A DNA stretch of 50,063 bases from Acidimicrobiales bacterium (GCA_027371755.1 DAHXLF010000002.1:1-50063), one strand, 5' to 3'; counted from the first letter of the stretch, positions 7,122-17,146 are shown. The notes: a model not told the origin generated them from the sequence alone. Made by a program: numbers and translations.

Positions 7122-10100
7122 ATGCCAGACAGAAACACTAAGAGCTCATCGAGAAATATTGTTGCCGCACTTATAATAGTCATACTTATAGTTGCAATTT
7201 TGCTTGTAGTGCGAGGTGGCACCAACAATTCGGGTTCCGTGGCTCAATCCGTTCCAAAAACAATAATATATTCGTTAAACGGTACACCAACAGCTACCAA
7301 TGGGCCTAGAATGCCAGTTGGGTGGACGCTTCAACCTGCTGGAACTCAGATACAGACTCAGGCTCAACCGTCGGGGATGTCGCTTTCACCTAACGGTAAA
7401 AATCTTTACGTTGTTAGCTCGGGTCAGTGGGATGAAGATTTGGGGGTTGTTAATACTTCTACGCTAAAGATCACAAATTCACCCGCGGCTTCTTCTTTTA
7501 TGGGTGTTCAGGAAGATTCAAACGGAAATATTTATGTTGCTGGCGGTGGAAGAAACAAGGTATACGTCTATAAAGATAACGGAAATTCAACGGCAACTGC
7601 ACCGGCAAATTCTTACAGTGCGGCGATTCCTCCACTGGCTCAACCGAACGGGATTTTCACGCCAGGGTATCCGTCCAATATGTTAATAGATAAGAATAAC
7701 GGTTGGCTTTATGTCGCTGGAAACTTGTCCATGACACAGTCTGCGATAAAGGCGGCAGATCCTAACGCAGGCAACTGTCCCAATGCGTCTGATAATTTTG
7801 TTTCAAAATCTAACTCACCAAACCCGACAAGCTGTTCGGTGGTGGTAGGTATAGATATTGCCCAACTTAATTCGACATCGCTAACGGCACCCGAAGTTCT
7901 GATTCCTGTGGGACAGGATGCTTATGGAATCAGTTTCAATTCGTCAACGAACATGCTCTATGTGTCAAACTGGGCCGACGGTTCTCAGCCCGCCAGGGGA
8001 ATTAATCAAAACGGTACGGTGTCCGTAGTAAAGATTAACCAAAACGGGACTGGCCAAGAGGTTCAAAATATATTGGTCGGACAGCAACCTACTGGAATTG
8101 CTTTGTCGCCTAATGGTCAAGAGTTGGCAGTCGCAAATACAATGTCCGATTCGGTGAGTTTAATAAAGTTCAACTCTTCTGGTTTGGCCGCTTCGGTGAA
8201 CAGCTATCCGGTGGGTACATCTACTTTGGGAATATCGGGCTCTCAGCCGGTGGCAGTACAATTTAGTCCGGATTCGACTAAATTGTTCGTCGCTTTATTC
8301 GCTTTAAATTTGGTGGAAGTTATGTCGTCAAACGGTTCGCCGATTTCCCAGAAAATTAAATATAATCAATCAGGTGTCGGAAGCGGCACGATTACTATTC
8401 CAGAGACACTTATCCCAGTAGGGGACATGCCCTTTGCTCTCACGGTTGGAAATAATCCCACTGGCCACGGATATCGTTTATATGTTGATAACTATCAGGG
8501 AGAGGGGTCTGGTCCAGGATTTTACTTCCCCGCGTCTAACACTTTGGGAAGCAAGCTTGTGCAAGGAACGATATCTGCAATTGATTTAACGACAAATTCT
8601 TCGAACATGTTCAACTTCTATACTGCTCAATCGATCGCAGCAGATGATATGTTACCTCTGTTTAGTTCGGCAATAAAGTCTCCTGAGACCAATGCTTGTC
8701 TTTCCACTCCAAATCCGAACGGTACCTCGTCGTATTCGGCACTGATTTGTAATGCTTCCAAAAATAAAGTCCAAAGGAAAGATCTTCATGTGGTAATAAT
8801 ATTAAGAGAGAATAAGACAGTTGATTCCATGTTGGGCTATCTGGGAGGTCAGCTAAACATGAATACCAGCCAGCAATATCAGACTTACGGACCGGACATT
8901 ACCGCCAACCTTTCTTCAATTGCTTTAAAATATGGCATGAACGACAATAACTATGTAGCGGGTGACGAATCTGGAACGGGACATCAGACATTAACTTCGG
9001 GAATGTTCCATTTAACGACCGAATTATTTGTGCATGTTAACAACGATTTTGGTCTTAGGGGGAATAGGAATAACGATCCAATAAACCAAGTGAATTACAC
9101 TCATACGAGACTGGCAGATGAAATGCTAAATGCTGGCTATTCCGAAAGAACTTACGGAGGGGATCTTAACGCGAATTCTCCGGCGCTGACAAATGAGATA
9201 CCAGAGTCAATATGGGGCAACGCTACTTCAAATGTGTTTGCTGGTACGAATACCGATTGGCCTGATACCAGCAGATCGGGTATATTTGACACGGGTACTA
9301 CCGTAGACTATGGATGGGATACGTTAAATTCATCGACTCCACCGCCAGATTTTGGTAAACAGATTGGTTTGTGCGGCGGGCCCACAGGATTTTGCAACTA
9401 TCCGGGCGCATCTTCGAGCGATTTTTCCAAATACTCTGTTGCCGGTTGGACTGACAATTACAACTCTTGTGTCTCTAAAGGAAAATCTAATTCCGCATGT
9501 CAGCAGGCAATGCCGTCACTGTCGATACTTGAAGTTCCCGACGACCACACGGATGTCTTTAACAACGGAAACAATCCAATGATGTGGTCACCTCAAAACA
9601 TGGTTGCGAACAATGACTATGCCACCGGACAAATCGTGCAGACGCTGTCCAGGTCACCTTTCTGGAAGAATACATTGGTGATGATAATTGAAGACGACAC
9701 TCAATTTACCGGAGATTCTATAAATGCTTTGAGATCATATATAGTCACGGCGGGAGGGCTGGCTAAGTCTTTGGGCCCCAACAAGCAAGTGAGCTATCAG
9801 GTGTCTTCGTTCTGCTCAATCGATAAGACAGTAGAAGATCTGTTCGGGTTAAAAACTATGGCTCCTTGTGATGCCACTGCGATGCCTCTCGATTCGTTGG
9901 TCGTTAATTCTATTCCTACTCAGTCGCCGGCGACCTATACTGCGATAGTTCCAAGCACACCGCCATTTAATCCCTATCCGAGTTCCGGGTCAGAAAGGTT
10001 AAAAACTTGGTGTTCGACTAATGCACCCAATGGGATCGGGTATTACTCTATGTTGCACAACAAATTTGTGGAATGTTTGGGATCTTACATTGGCGGATTG

Positions 10101-10130
10101 GCGGCAACTGTAAACATAAATCATCTTTAA
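7122..10130 (+). CDS. membrane-anchored fusion protein: YVTN/YncE-type beta-propeller plus phosphoesterase (PLC/AcpA-type) domain
   Basis: N-terminal TM IVAALIIVILIVAILLVV. YVTN-like blades: LSPNGKNLYVVSSG, GIALSPNGQELAVANTMSDSVSLI, VQFSPDSTKLFVA. C-terminal half: HVVIILRENKTVDSMLGY and MIIEDDTQ..GDS, resembling phosphoesterase-family motifs. Confidence 0.8.
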   Translation: MPDRNTKSSSRNIVAALIIVILIVAILLVVRGGTNNSGSVAQSVPKTIIYSLNGTPTATNGPRMPVGWTLQPAGTQIQTQAQPSGMSLSPNGKNLYVVSSGQWDEDLGVVNTSTLKITNSPAASSFMGVQEDSNGNIYVAGGGRNKVYVYKDNGNSTATAPANSYSAAIPPLAQPNGIFTPGYPSNMLIDKNNGWLYVAGNLSMTQSAIKAADPNAGNCPNASDNFVSKSNSPNPTSCSVVVGIDIAQLNSTSLTAPEVLIPVGQDAYGISFNSSTNMLYVSNWADGSQPARGINQNGTVSVVKINQNGTGQEVQNILVGQQPTGIALSPNGQELAVANTMSDSVSLIKFNSSGLAASVNSYPVGTSTLGISGSQPVAVQFSPDSTKLFVALFALNLVEVMSSNGSPISQKIKYNQSGVGSGTITIPETLIPVGDMPFALTVGNNPTGHGYRLYVDNYQGEGSGPGFYFPASNTLGSKLVQGTISAIDLTTNSSNMFNFYTAQSIAADDMLPLFSSAIKSPETNACLSTPNPNGTSSYSALICNASKNKVQRKDLHVVIILRENKTVDSMLGYLGGQLNMNTSQQYQTYGPDITANLSSIALKYGMNDNNYVAGDESGTGHQTLTSGMFHLTTELFVHVNNDFGLRGNRNNDPINQVNYTHTRLADEMLNAGYSERTYGGDLNANSPALTNEIPESIWGNATSNVFAGTNTDWPDTSRSGIFDTGTTVDYGWDTLNSSTPPPDFGKQIGLCGGPTGFCNYPGASSSDFSKYSVAGWTDNYNSCVSKGKSNSACQQAMPSLSILEVPDDHTDVFNNGNNPMMWSPQNMVANNDYATGQIVQTLSRSPFWKNTLVMIIEDDTQFTGDSINALRSYIVTAGGLAKSLGPNKQVSYQVSSFCSIDKTVEDLFGLKTMAPCDATAMPLDSLVVNSIPTQSPATYTAIVPSTPPFNPYPSSGSERLKTWCSTNAPNGIGYYSMLHNKFVECLGSYIGGLAATVNINHL

Positions 10131-10143
10131 AAATCATCTTTAA
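10118..10143. repeat. perfect 13-bp tandem duplication (AAATCATCTTTAA x2) spanning the stop codon of the 1002-aa gene
   Basis: 10118-10130 equals 10131-10143. The first copy ends with the TAA stop at 10128-10130. Confidence 0.95.
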
Positions 10144-10271
10144 ATATATTTTGAGATTTAATTACAATGAATTATCTGTATGCAGATTGTGATTAAGCGA
10201 TCTTAAACATTCTAAGTTTTTAGTGGATGATTTCGTCTAAAGACAATTCAGGTACTGTAAGCATACACTTA

Positions 10272-13004
10272 TTAATCGTGTCTACTTAAGTCCTTTTGAA
10301 TCGATGACTTTTTACCGGATTTTTTAGACCATATAAAAAATGAGCTCATTAATAAAATCAAAATAACCGCAAATATCTCGTCGGCTACGAAATATTTAAC
10401 ATATGAAGGCATATAGTATACTCTTACGTGCCACTTGCCTTTGGGAATATTGACCGTCTGTATCGGAGTATCTTGTTTGACTTTAATAGCTACAACCGAT
10501 CCATTGGTCAGAGAAGTTGCGGTAGCTTGAAATCCCGGAGCATAAGTTTGGTTGATCATAACCATTGTGTTTTGATTCGAATCAACGTTAAAATTTAGCG
10601 TTCCGTTTGCGCTCATGGTCGATTGACTTATTTTGACCTGTTTTGAAAAAGTTCTTAAAAATGGTTGTGCTTTCTGGGTGTATAAACTTATCTCGTTTGT
10701 GGTGGAAACATATTTCCAGGTGGGATAATACAATTGATTTGAAAGGGGCCCGTTTAAGTAATTAGGCTGAAAACTTTCGTAGGAATAAAACTTCGGTGGG
10801 ATGTCTGATATGTAGTTTGATCGGTAAGTTCCGGCGATATAGACACCTACTAATTTAAGGGATTTATTGAACTGTAAAATTGAAAGTTGGTTATGCCTAC
10901 AGGAGATGCTTACGGGATTGACCGGATTAAGCTGCCCTTTGGTATCGATCAGGTAAGCTTTGGGAACTGAACACTTTGCTACTTTGACGCTGAAACTTTC
11001 CAAAGTGGTCGGAATACCGAAATACCAGCTTGAAGGCGCACTGGGATTCATCTTAATCGCGTAAGTGTTTGGGTTTGATGGGAAATATGAATTAAAGTTT
11101 TGAGGCGGACTGTAAGCTTTGGTTACATCTAAAAATTTTAAAATTCCGTTGGTAAAATCCTCGGGATTTAGTACCATATTTCCGTGGGTTTGGGTAATGC
11201 GGTCGTAATTTTCCAAAGATAGCGATTGGTACCCTTGAGCTGAAAATTGTTGTGTGATTACGTTGATATCGGGCCAGTTTACGTTTACGAGTTCTGCTGC
11301 AGGATATACGTATGGGTCATCTATTACGAATTTGTGGATTTGATTGCTGTTCGTAGACTGTAGGTATTTTGCTCTATTTAATATAGCCAGTTCGTTGCTC
11401 AATACCGTGGGGGACTGACCTTGTCCGGTGTCCACGGTTATTACGGCCGTAAAATTGAACAATAAAATATCGCCTGCGATAAGTAATGCCGTTACAATGA
11501 GTCTAGTTTTACTGAGGGTAATTTTGTGACGCGAAAAAAGGAGCAGTAGTATAAAAAGGTCAACAATCAGTTGTGCAACAAGCCACGGTCGAAGGGTGGT
11601 GGCGGTTGAATTAGGTAAGATCGACGTTCCGACAATTTCAGTGACTTTTATCGGATCAATTATTGCGACAATTAGAAATATAATAGTACCCATGCAAAAA
11701 TATTTTGCAATATTAAGTCTGGAGATGTTTTTTGTTATCTGTTCAATAATGAATGCCAGGAAAAATGTAAAAGCAAAGTCGACTTCCAGAAGATTTCTGC
11801 CCTGGATTCTTTCCGAGCCATAGATGGGAATATGAATCATTATCCCGCCGAAAAGATTACCCGCTATATATGCTAAAAATAGACCCGTTAAGGCGACGTA
11901 AAAAAATGGAGTCAAATAATTTGATTTCGCTCTATAAAGACGGTGTCTAAGGGAATACTCAAAAAACCCTAAAGTGGCCAGTAAACCCATATAACCGGAA
12001 ACTTCAACAATATTGGTTATGGCAGTTCCGAAAAAACCCGGACCTTCTAAGCTTTGTGAAGTACCCAAAATAGCGGGTGCAAATAACATCGAAATCCAAC
12101 CCGGGAACGGAGATGATTGATTAAAAAATCCGATTGAAGCCGAACTTCTTTGTGACTCGCTTATAAATATGAGTCCGAGTCCGCTTTGCAGGCTTGAGGC
12201 CATAATTCCGACACAAAGTGCCAGTAAAATTGTTAAAGCTAAGTCAATCCTTGTTTTATTTGGGATCCTTCGGATAAAGTTGCGATTGTCATTTTCTTCT
12301 GACTCCGTAACGTTACGTGAAAACAGTACGTATGCTACAAATATTGTATAAATTATCAGGTCATCGGTAATTGCTCGCGTGGATCCCGTTAAAAAAATAA
12401 AGCCCCACAAAAGTGAGGTTAATGTAATTTCTCCAATTGTTGCCGACAAAATACTTTTAATGTGTAGGTTCGAAAGATGATTTAATTTTGAAGTTGTCGA
12501 GCCGAGCACAATTAATAACCATGGCATGAACGACATCGCTTGTATCAAATCCAAATGCGCAACTTGGATTGCCATTGTGCCCGAACCCACAAAGCAGATC
12601 GAAGCGATAACTGTTGTAACTTGTGAAAATCGATAGCATCTCAGCAAAATATAAATTCCTGAAAGCGCAACAAAATAGGCAATAATTTCGTTTAAAACCC
12701 AAGCTGCCACTGGTGAAAGAAATGCAAATAGGAATGTTGTGGGGTATAGCGATCCTGCGTTAAACCCAGCTAACAACGGAGTGCCGGAGAAGCCGTAGGG
12801 ATTCCATAAGGGCAGGTGAAAAGATGCAATCTGTTCTCCAGAAAAAATCCTGAGAGGGAAATTTTGGATAACATCGTCTCCGGGCATTATCGGGCGATTA
12901 AAAATTGCCGGTATTGCAAATACTGCGGTTACTGCGCAAAAAAGCGCAATTAATATCCAAAGATCGGCTTTGTTGAGATATTTTTTTAAACTAAATTTTG
13001 GCAT
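10272..13004 (-). CDS. YfhO-like polytopic membrane protein (GT-C-like, putative extracytoplasmic glycosyltransferase)
   Basis: 910 aa. The N-terminal pattern PGDDVIQNFPLRIFSGEQIASFHLPLWNPYGFSGTPLLAG..SLYP is typical of the YfhO family. There are many TM segments, a large C-terminal extracytoplasmic region, and a final TM. Confidence 0.75.
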   Translation of the reverse strand: MPKFSLKKYLNKADLWILIALFCAVTAVFAIPAIFNRPIMPGDDVIQNFPLRIFSGEQIASFHLPLWNPYGFSGTPLLAGFNAGSLYPTTFLFAFLSPVAAWVLNEIIAYFVALSGIYILLRCYRFSQVTTVIASICFVGSGTMAIQVAHLDLIQAMSFMPWLLIVLGSTTSKLNHLSNLHIKSILSATIGEITLTSLLWGFIFLTGSTRAITDDLIIYTIFVAYVLFSRNVTESEENDNRNFIRRIPNKTRIDLALTILLALCVGIMASSLQSGLGLIFISESQRSSASIGFFNQSSPFPGWISMLFAPAILGTSQSLEGPGFFGTAITNIVEVSGYMGLLATLGFFEYSLRHRLYRAKSNYLTPFFYVALTGLFLAYIAGNLFGGIMIHIPIYGSERIQGRNLLEVDFAFTFFLAFIIEQITKNISRLNIAKYFCMGTIIFLIVAIIDPIKVTEIVGTSILPNSTATTLRPWLVAQLIVDLFILLLLFSRHKITLSKTRLIVTALLIAGDILLFNFTAVITVDTGQGQSPTVLSNELAILNRAKYLQSTNSNQIHKFVIDDPYVYPAAELVNVNWPDINVITQQFSAQGYQSLSLENYDRITQTHGNMVLNPEDFTNGILKFLDVTKAYSPPQNFNSYFPSNPNTYAIKMNPSAPSSWYFGIPTTLESFSVKVAKCSVPKAYLIDTKGQLNPVNPVSISCRHNQLSILQFNKSLKLVGVYIAGTYRSNYISDIPPKFYSYESFQPNYLNGPLSNQLYYPTWKYVSTTNEISLYTQKAQPFLRTFSKQVKISQSTMSANGTLNFNVDSNQNTMVMINQTYAPGFQATATSLTNGSVVAIKVKQDTPIQTVNIPKGKWHVRVYYMPSYVKYFVADEIFAVILILLMSSFFIWSKKSGKKSSIQKDLSRHD

Positions 13005-13520
13005 AAATCAGTTGATTGTGCAATGCGTAAACCATTTAGGCGGCAAAACCTCAAAAAGTACATTATGCATGTCAAACTATTCTAAGGTCCTTGATACGGT
13101 ATTAAACGGATTATTGTTTCGATACTCCATTTTAGGTGGTTAAACTGCGGGGTTGTTATAACCTTGTGACTAAGGCGAGATTTCATAGAATCGGCGGTGA
13201 AGCCGGAACTTTCGATAAAATTAAACCCGCCAAAATGGTTAATTTAGTGACTGATTAATTGATTGAAGCCAGATAGGAATTAAGATAGGTTTCAGTTCTA
13301 ATCCGCTCGCTAACAGCTGACCGATTACAAACAAAACCCCTTTAGGCAAATTTAATTGGCAATAATATAAATTTAAGTCTAAACTAGTTTAAAACAGTTT
13401 TTTAATTAGCCTGCATTAAGTAAGGGTCCTTTTAAAGTTTAATTTATCACGAAATATGTTTAACCTTTAATTTCGATTTGCGCCTAAAGATAAAATTGGA
13501 AGTTAGACAAAGTTAGGATT

Positions 13521-13561
13521 ACTTAAAATTTGATTTTAAGTAATTACTTAAGTAATTACTT
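13521..13561. promoter_or_regulatory. operator-like palindrome array upstream of the GT4 operon
   Basis: ACTTAAAAT-TTG-ATTTTAAGT is a perfect 9-bp inverted repeat (13521-13541). It overlaps two tandem copies of the perfect 12-bp palindrome AAGTAATTACTT (13538-13549, 13550-13561). The array lies about 110 nt upstream of the ATG at 13670. Confidence 0.45.
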
Positions 13562-13669
13562 CTGGGTGCCAGTGTCTTTATGATTAACGGATCTAATAGT
13601 TTGCATTTTTAAACCGAATTGATCAGTAGTCACGCTGACTTAACTAATAACTACAAAAAATTATACAAT

Positions 13670-14914
13670 ATGGAAAATCGTAAACTGAAAATAGCTTATC
13701 TGGTATATCGCGGCAATCCGCGTTGCGGGGGGCAAGGTGTATATACTAGGCATCTAACAAGAGAGCTGGTTGAGATGGGACACTATGTAGAAGTGTTCTC
13801 TGGGCCCCCATACCCAGATCTTGACGAACGGGTGAAGCTTAATAAAGTTGAATCGCTGGATCTGTATCGTGAACCAGATCCGTTTAGAACACCCAAATTA
13901 GGTGAATTTAAAAATCCGATCGACGTGATGGAGTATTTGATTATGTTGACGGCGGGTTTTCCTGAACCTCGAACATTTTCGTGGCGAGTGAGAAAGATGC
14001 TTAAACAGAGGTTGGGCGATTTTGACATCGTACACGACAATCAGTGCATAGGATCCGGTCTGTTAGGGATAATGAAAGACGGCTGGCCGTTGTTGGGAAC
14101 CATACATCATCCTATTACTGTAGATCGAGACTTGGATTTAAGCCACGCAACTACATTCAAGCGAAAATTGTCTTTGCATAGATGGTATGGATTCTTGGGA
14201 ATGCAAAAGCGCGTAGGACCAAAATTACCGAGGGTGGTAACGGTTTCTAATTCGTCGAAAAAAGATATTCACGCACAGTTAGGGGTACCGCTTGAAAAGA
14301 TGCACGTGGTGCCTGTGGGCGTTGATCACGAACTGTTTCGGCTAAAGTCTGAAATCGTAAAAATTCCAGGACGAATTATGACTACCGCATCGGCCGATGT
14401 CCCCATGAAGGGCCTAATTCCTTTGCTGGAAGCGGTGGCAAAAGTTAGAACCGAAAAGGAAGTTTCTTTGGTGGTTATCGGAAAACTGAGATCCGAATCC
14501 GAAGTTCCCAAAGTTTTAGACAGATTAAATATTTCCGATGCAGTCGAGTTTGTTCACGGTATCACTGACGAGCAGATCGTAGAACTGTACGGACAGTCGG
14601 AGATGGCCGCCGTTCCTTCTCTCTATGAGGGTTTTTCATTGCCTGCCATAGAAGCGATGGCTTGTGGAGTGCCTTTGGTAACTACCTCTGGGGGCGCTTT
14701 ACCCGAAGTTGTCGGCAATAACTATGAAACCGCAATAATCGTAAATCCAAATGACCCTTCAGCTTTGGCAATGGCGATCATCGAATTGTTGGATGATCCA
14801 GAGCTTCGTAGGCGTTTGGGTAAAGCCGGCAGAGAAAGAGTCATGTCAAAGTATACTTGGAGAAATACCGCAGAGGGGACTTTAGAACAATACTACAAAT
14901 TATTGAGCCTATAG
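13670..14914 (+). CDS. glycosyltransferase family 4 (GT-B fold)
   Basis: MENRKLKIAYLVYRGNPRCGGQGVYTRHLTREL... and C-terminal SLYEGFSLPAIEAMACGVPLVTTSGGALPEVV (E-x7-E region). The ORF track starts at TTG 13619. I prefer the ATG at 13670 because homologues begin near the KIAYLV strand. Confidence 0.85.
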   Translation: MENRKLKIAYLVYRGNPRCGGQGVYTRHLTRELVEMGHYVEVFSGPPYPDLDERVKLNKVESLDLYREPDPFRTPKLGEFKNPIDVMEYLIMLTAGFPEPRTFSWRVRKMLKQRLGDFDIVHDNQCIGSGLLGIMKDGWPLLGTIHHPITVDRDLDLSHATTFKRKLSLHRWYGFLGMQKRVGPKLPRVVTVSNSSKKDIHAQLGVPLEKMHVVPVGVDHELFRLKSEIVKIPGRIMTTASADVPMKGLIPLLEAVAKVRTEKEVSLVVIGKLRSESEVPKVLDRLNISDAVEFVHGITDEQIVELYGQSEMAAVPSLYEGFSLPAIEAMACGVPLVTTSGGALPEVVGNNYETAIIVNPNDPSALAMAIIELLDDPELRRRLGKAGRERVMSKYTWRNTAEGTLEQYYKLLSL

Positions 14915-15022
14915 ATGGAATATTAACAAAGTCGTTTGTAGTGCGGTTCAGTTATTTTGTATGACCAGTCAAAGTTGCTAGGTTTTAATTTTAAAAATAT
15001 CAGTATTTAGGTAAATGTAATT

Positions 15023-15733
15023 GTGTTAACTGTAGAATACCAAAAGTTGGGTCTAAAGCCCGGAGAATTAATTTTAGATATGGGCTGCGGAGCGGGGCGA
15101 CATGCTTTCGAGTCGTTTCGACGCGGCGGTAGAGTTGTAGCCTTAGATACCAGCGATACGGAACTTAAAAATGTAGCAGGATTATTCGTGGCCATGGGTC
15201 AAGAGGGACAAACAACCAAAGAGGGCAGAGCGTCAGTTGTACAGGCCAGCGGTCTGGAACTTCCCTTTGTTGACAACTGTTTCGACCGAATAATCGCCTC
15301 AGAGGTCTTAGAGCATATCCCCGACGACGCCGCAGCAATGGCTGAACTCTATCGAGTCCTAAAGCCTCGAGGTCGAATTGCCGTTACAGTTCCGCGATTT
15401 TATCCGGAATTGATTAATTGGGCACTTTCGAATCAGTATCATGAGGTACCGGGAGGGCATGTAAGAATATATAGAAAATCCGAGATGATCGAAAGATTAA
15501 GGTCCGCTGGTTTAAGATATTTGGGTCATCATTATGCTCACGGTCTTCACTCTCCTTATTGGTGGCTTAAGTGCTACGTGGGAGTGAATCGAGACGATAA
15601 CAAAGCGGTAAACTCATATAAAAAGTTCTTAGAATACGAAATTATTAATAATCCAAGTTACTTGTCTTATGTTCGTAAAATTGCCGATCCACTGATGGGC
15701 AAAAGCATAATTTTTTATGCGGAAAAGGTATAG
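15023..15733 (+). CDS. class I SAM-dependent methyltransferase
   Basis: Motif I ILDMGCGAGRH, then VVALDTS and FDRIIASEVLEHIPD. GTG start. Confidence 0.85.
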   Translation: MLTVEYQKLGLKPGELILDMGCGAGRHAFESFRRGGRVVALDTSDTELKNVAGLFVAMGQEGQTTKEGRASVVQASGLELPFVDNCFDRIIASEVLEHIPDDAAAMAELYRVLKPRGRIAVTVPRFYPELINWALSNQYHEVPGGHVRIYRKSEMIERLRSAGLRYLGHHYAHGLHSPYWWLKCYVGVNRDDNKAVNSYKKFLEYEIINNPSYLSYVRKIADPLMGKSIIFYAEKV

Positions 15734-16753
15734 ATGTTGCTCGATAGTAATCAAATAGATTTAACAGCGGATTGGATCTGTGACCAACAGACCAAAGAGG
15801 GTCTAATTCTTTGGTTTAAAGGCGGGCACGGTGATCCTTGGAATCATACCGAGGCCGCTATGGCCTTGTCGATATCTGGGAGAGTCGAAGAGGCTGAGCT
15901 TGCCTATGAGTGGCTCAGGATGAATCAACTTGACAACGGCGCTTGGTGGAACTACTATTTGGCCGATTCCGTAGAAGATTTCAGAATTGATACCAATGTT
16001 TGCGCTTATATCGCTGTTGGAGTCTTACATCATTTTAAAGTTACCAAAGATATTAAATTTTTAGAAAAAATGTGGGACTGTATTCACAAGGCTCTTGACT
16101 ATGTTCTGTCGCTTCAGACTGAAGGGGGAGAGATCCTGTGGTGTGTCGAGTCTGATGGCTCCTTCGGTAAATATGCTTTGTTGACCGGCTCTTCTTCGAT
16201 TTTAATGTCCTTAAAGGCGGGGCTGTTGATTGCGTCTGAACTTAAAATTAATATGTTGAATTGGGTGCTTCCGCTGTTGAAGTTGAATGAAGCCATTAAA
16301 TCAAAGCCGGGGAACTTTGAACCAAAAATTGAGTATGCTATGGATTGGTACTATCCGGTACTAAGCGGTGCGATGCAAGGCTCTTTGGGTAAGTCACGAA
16401 TTGACAAAAGCTTTAAAACATTTGTCGACGGTGAAAAGGGCGTCAGGTGCGTATCGTCAAATGAATGGTTTACGGTGGCTGAAACGGGGGAACTGATCTT
16501 GACTTTAAATCAAACCGGCGAGGCGGATACGGCTTTTGAATTATTTGAGTCAACTCATAAATTTCGTCAACCCGACGGCTCGTATTTAACTGGCATAGTC
16601 TATCCAGATATGTCTACATTTCCCAAGGACGAATGTAGCACCTACTCTGCTGCGGCTGTTCTCTTAGCAAATTCTGCTTTAGATTTAACGCTACCAGGAT
16701 CCGATTTTTTCAGATTTTTAAGCAGCGATTTAAACGCGCTTGAAATTTTTTAA
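15734..16753 (+). CDS. prenyltransferase/squalene-oxidase-repeat-like (alpha/alpha toroid) protein
   Basis: The start abuts the previous stop (TAG ATG). Aromatic-rich repeats: DPWNHTEAAMAL...NQLDNGAWWNYY and LQTEGGEILW. Confidence 0.7.
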   Translation: MLLDSNQIDLTADWICDQQTKEGLILWFKGGHGDPWNHTEAAMALSISGRVEEAELAYEWLRMNQLDNGAWWNYYLADSVEDFRIDTNVCAYIAVGVLHHFKVTKDIKFLEKMWDCIHKALDYVLSLQTEGGEILWCVESDGSFGKYALLTGSSSILMSLKAGLLIASELKINMLNWVLPLLKLNEAIKSKPGNFEPKIEYAMDWYYPVLSGAMQGSLGKSRIDKSFKTFVDGEKGVRCVSSNEWFTVAETGELILTLNQTGEADTAFELFESTHKFRQPDGSYLTGIVYPDMSTFPKDECSTYSAAAVLLANSALDLTLPGSDFFRFLSSDLNALEIF

Positions 16754-17146
16754 TCGGCATAGCGGTAAATTTTTTATTTTGATTCGGGCTATAATTTCGT
16801 TTAAATCAATACGTACGCATTCACGATTGGCAGATTTCCAGGCTTAATTAGTTTGGTATAAATACTATATTTTGCGTTCAGCGTTTGAAACGACACGTAA
16901 AGTGTCAGAATTCAGGATTTTAATATCGCCGTGTGGTTTTATACTCACTTAGCGGCAAAGATTAGTAGTTGCACTTGTCGATTACACTTTAAAATGTTAC
17001 ATTTTGCATGATACTAAATATTGTCAATTTACCGTTTTAACAATTAAATTCTTTAATTGCATCCATGCTTTAACTTTTAAGTATTTTGATAATTCGTTTA
17101 ATTGTTTAACTGGTCTAAGTGACAGTTTTTTATTCAAATAAATAGT

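Noticed and set aside
13619-13669. Upstream TTG-initiated extension of the GT4 ORF (and similarly 42855-42902 for rmlC).
   Set aside because: The extensions add non-conserved residues. The downstream start codons match the family N-termini, and for rmlC the downstream start also has a proper AGGAGG and removes an overlap with the preceding gene.
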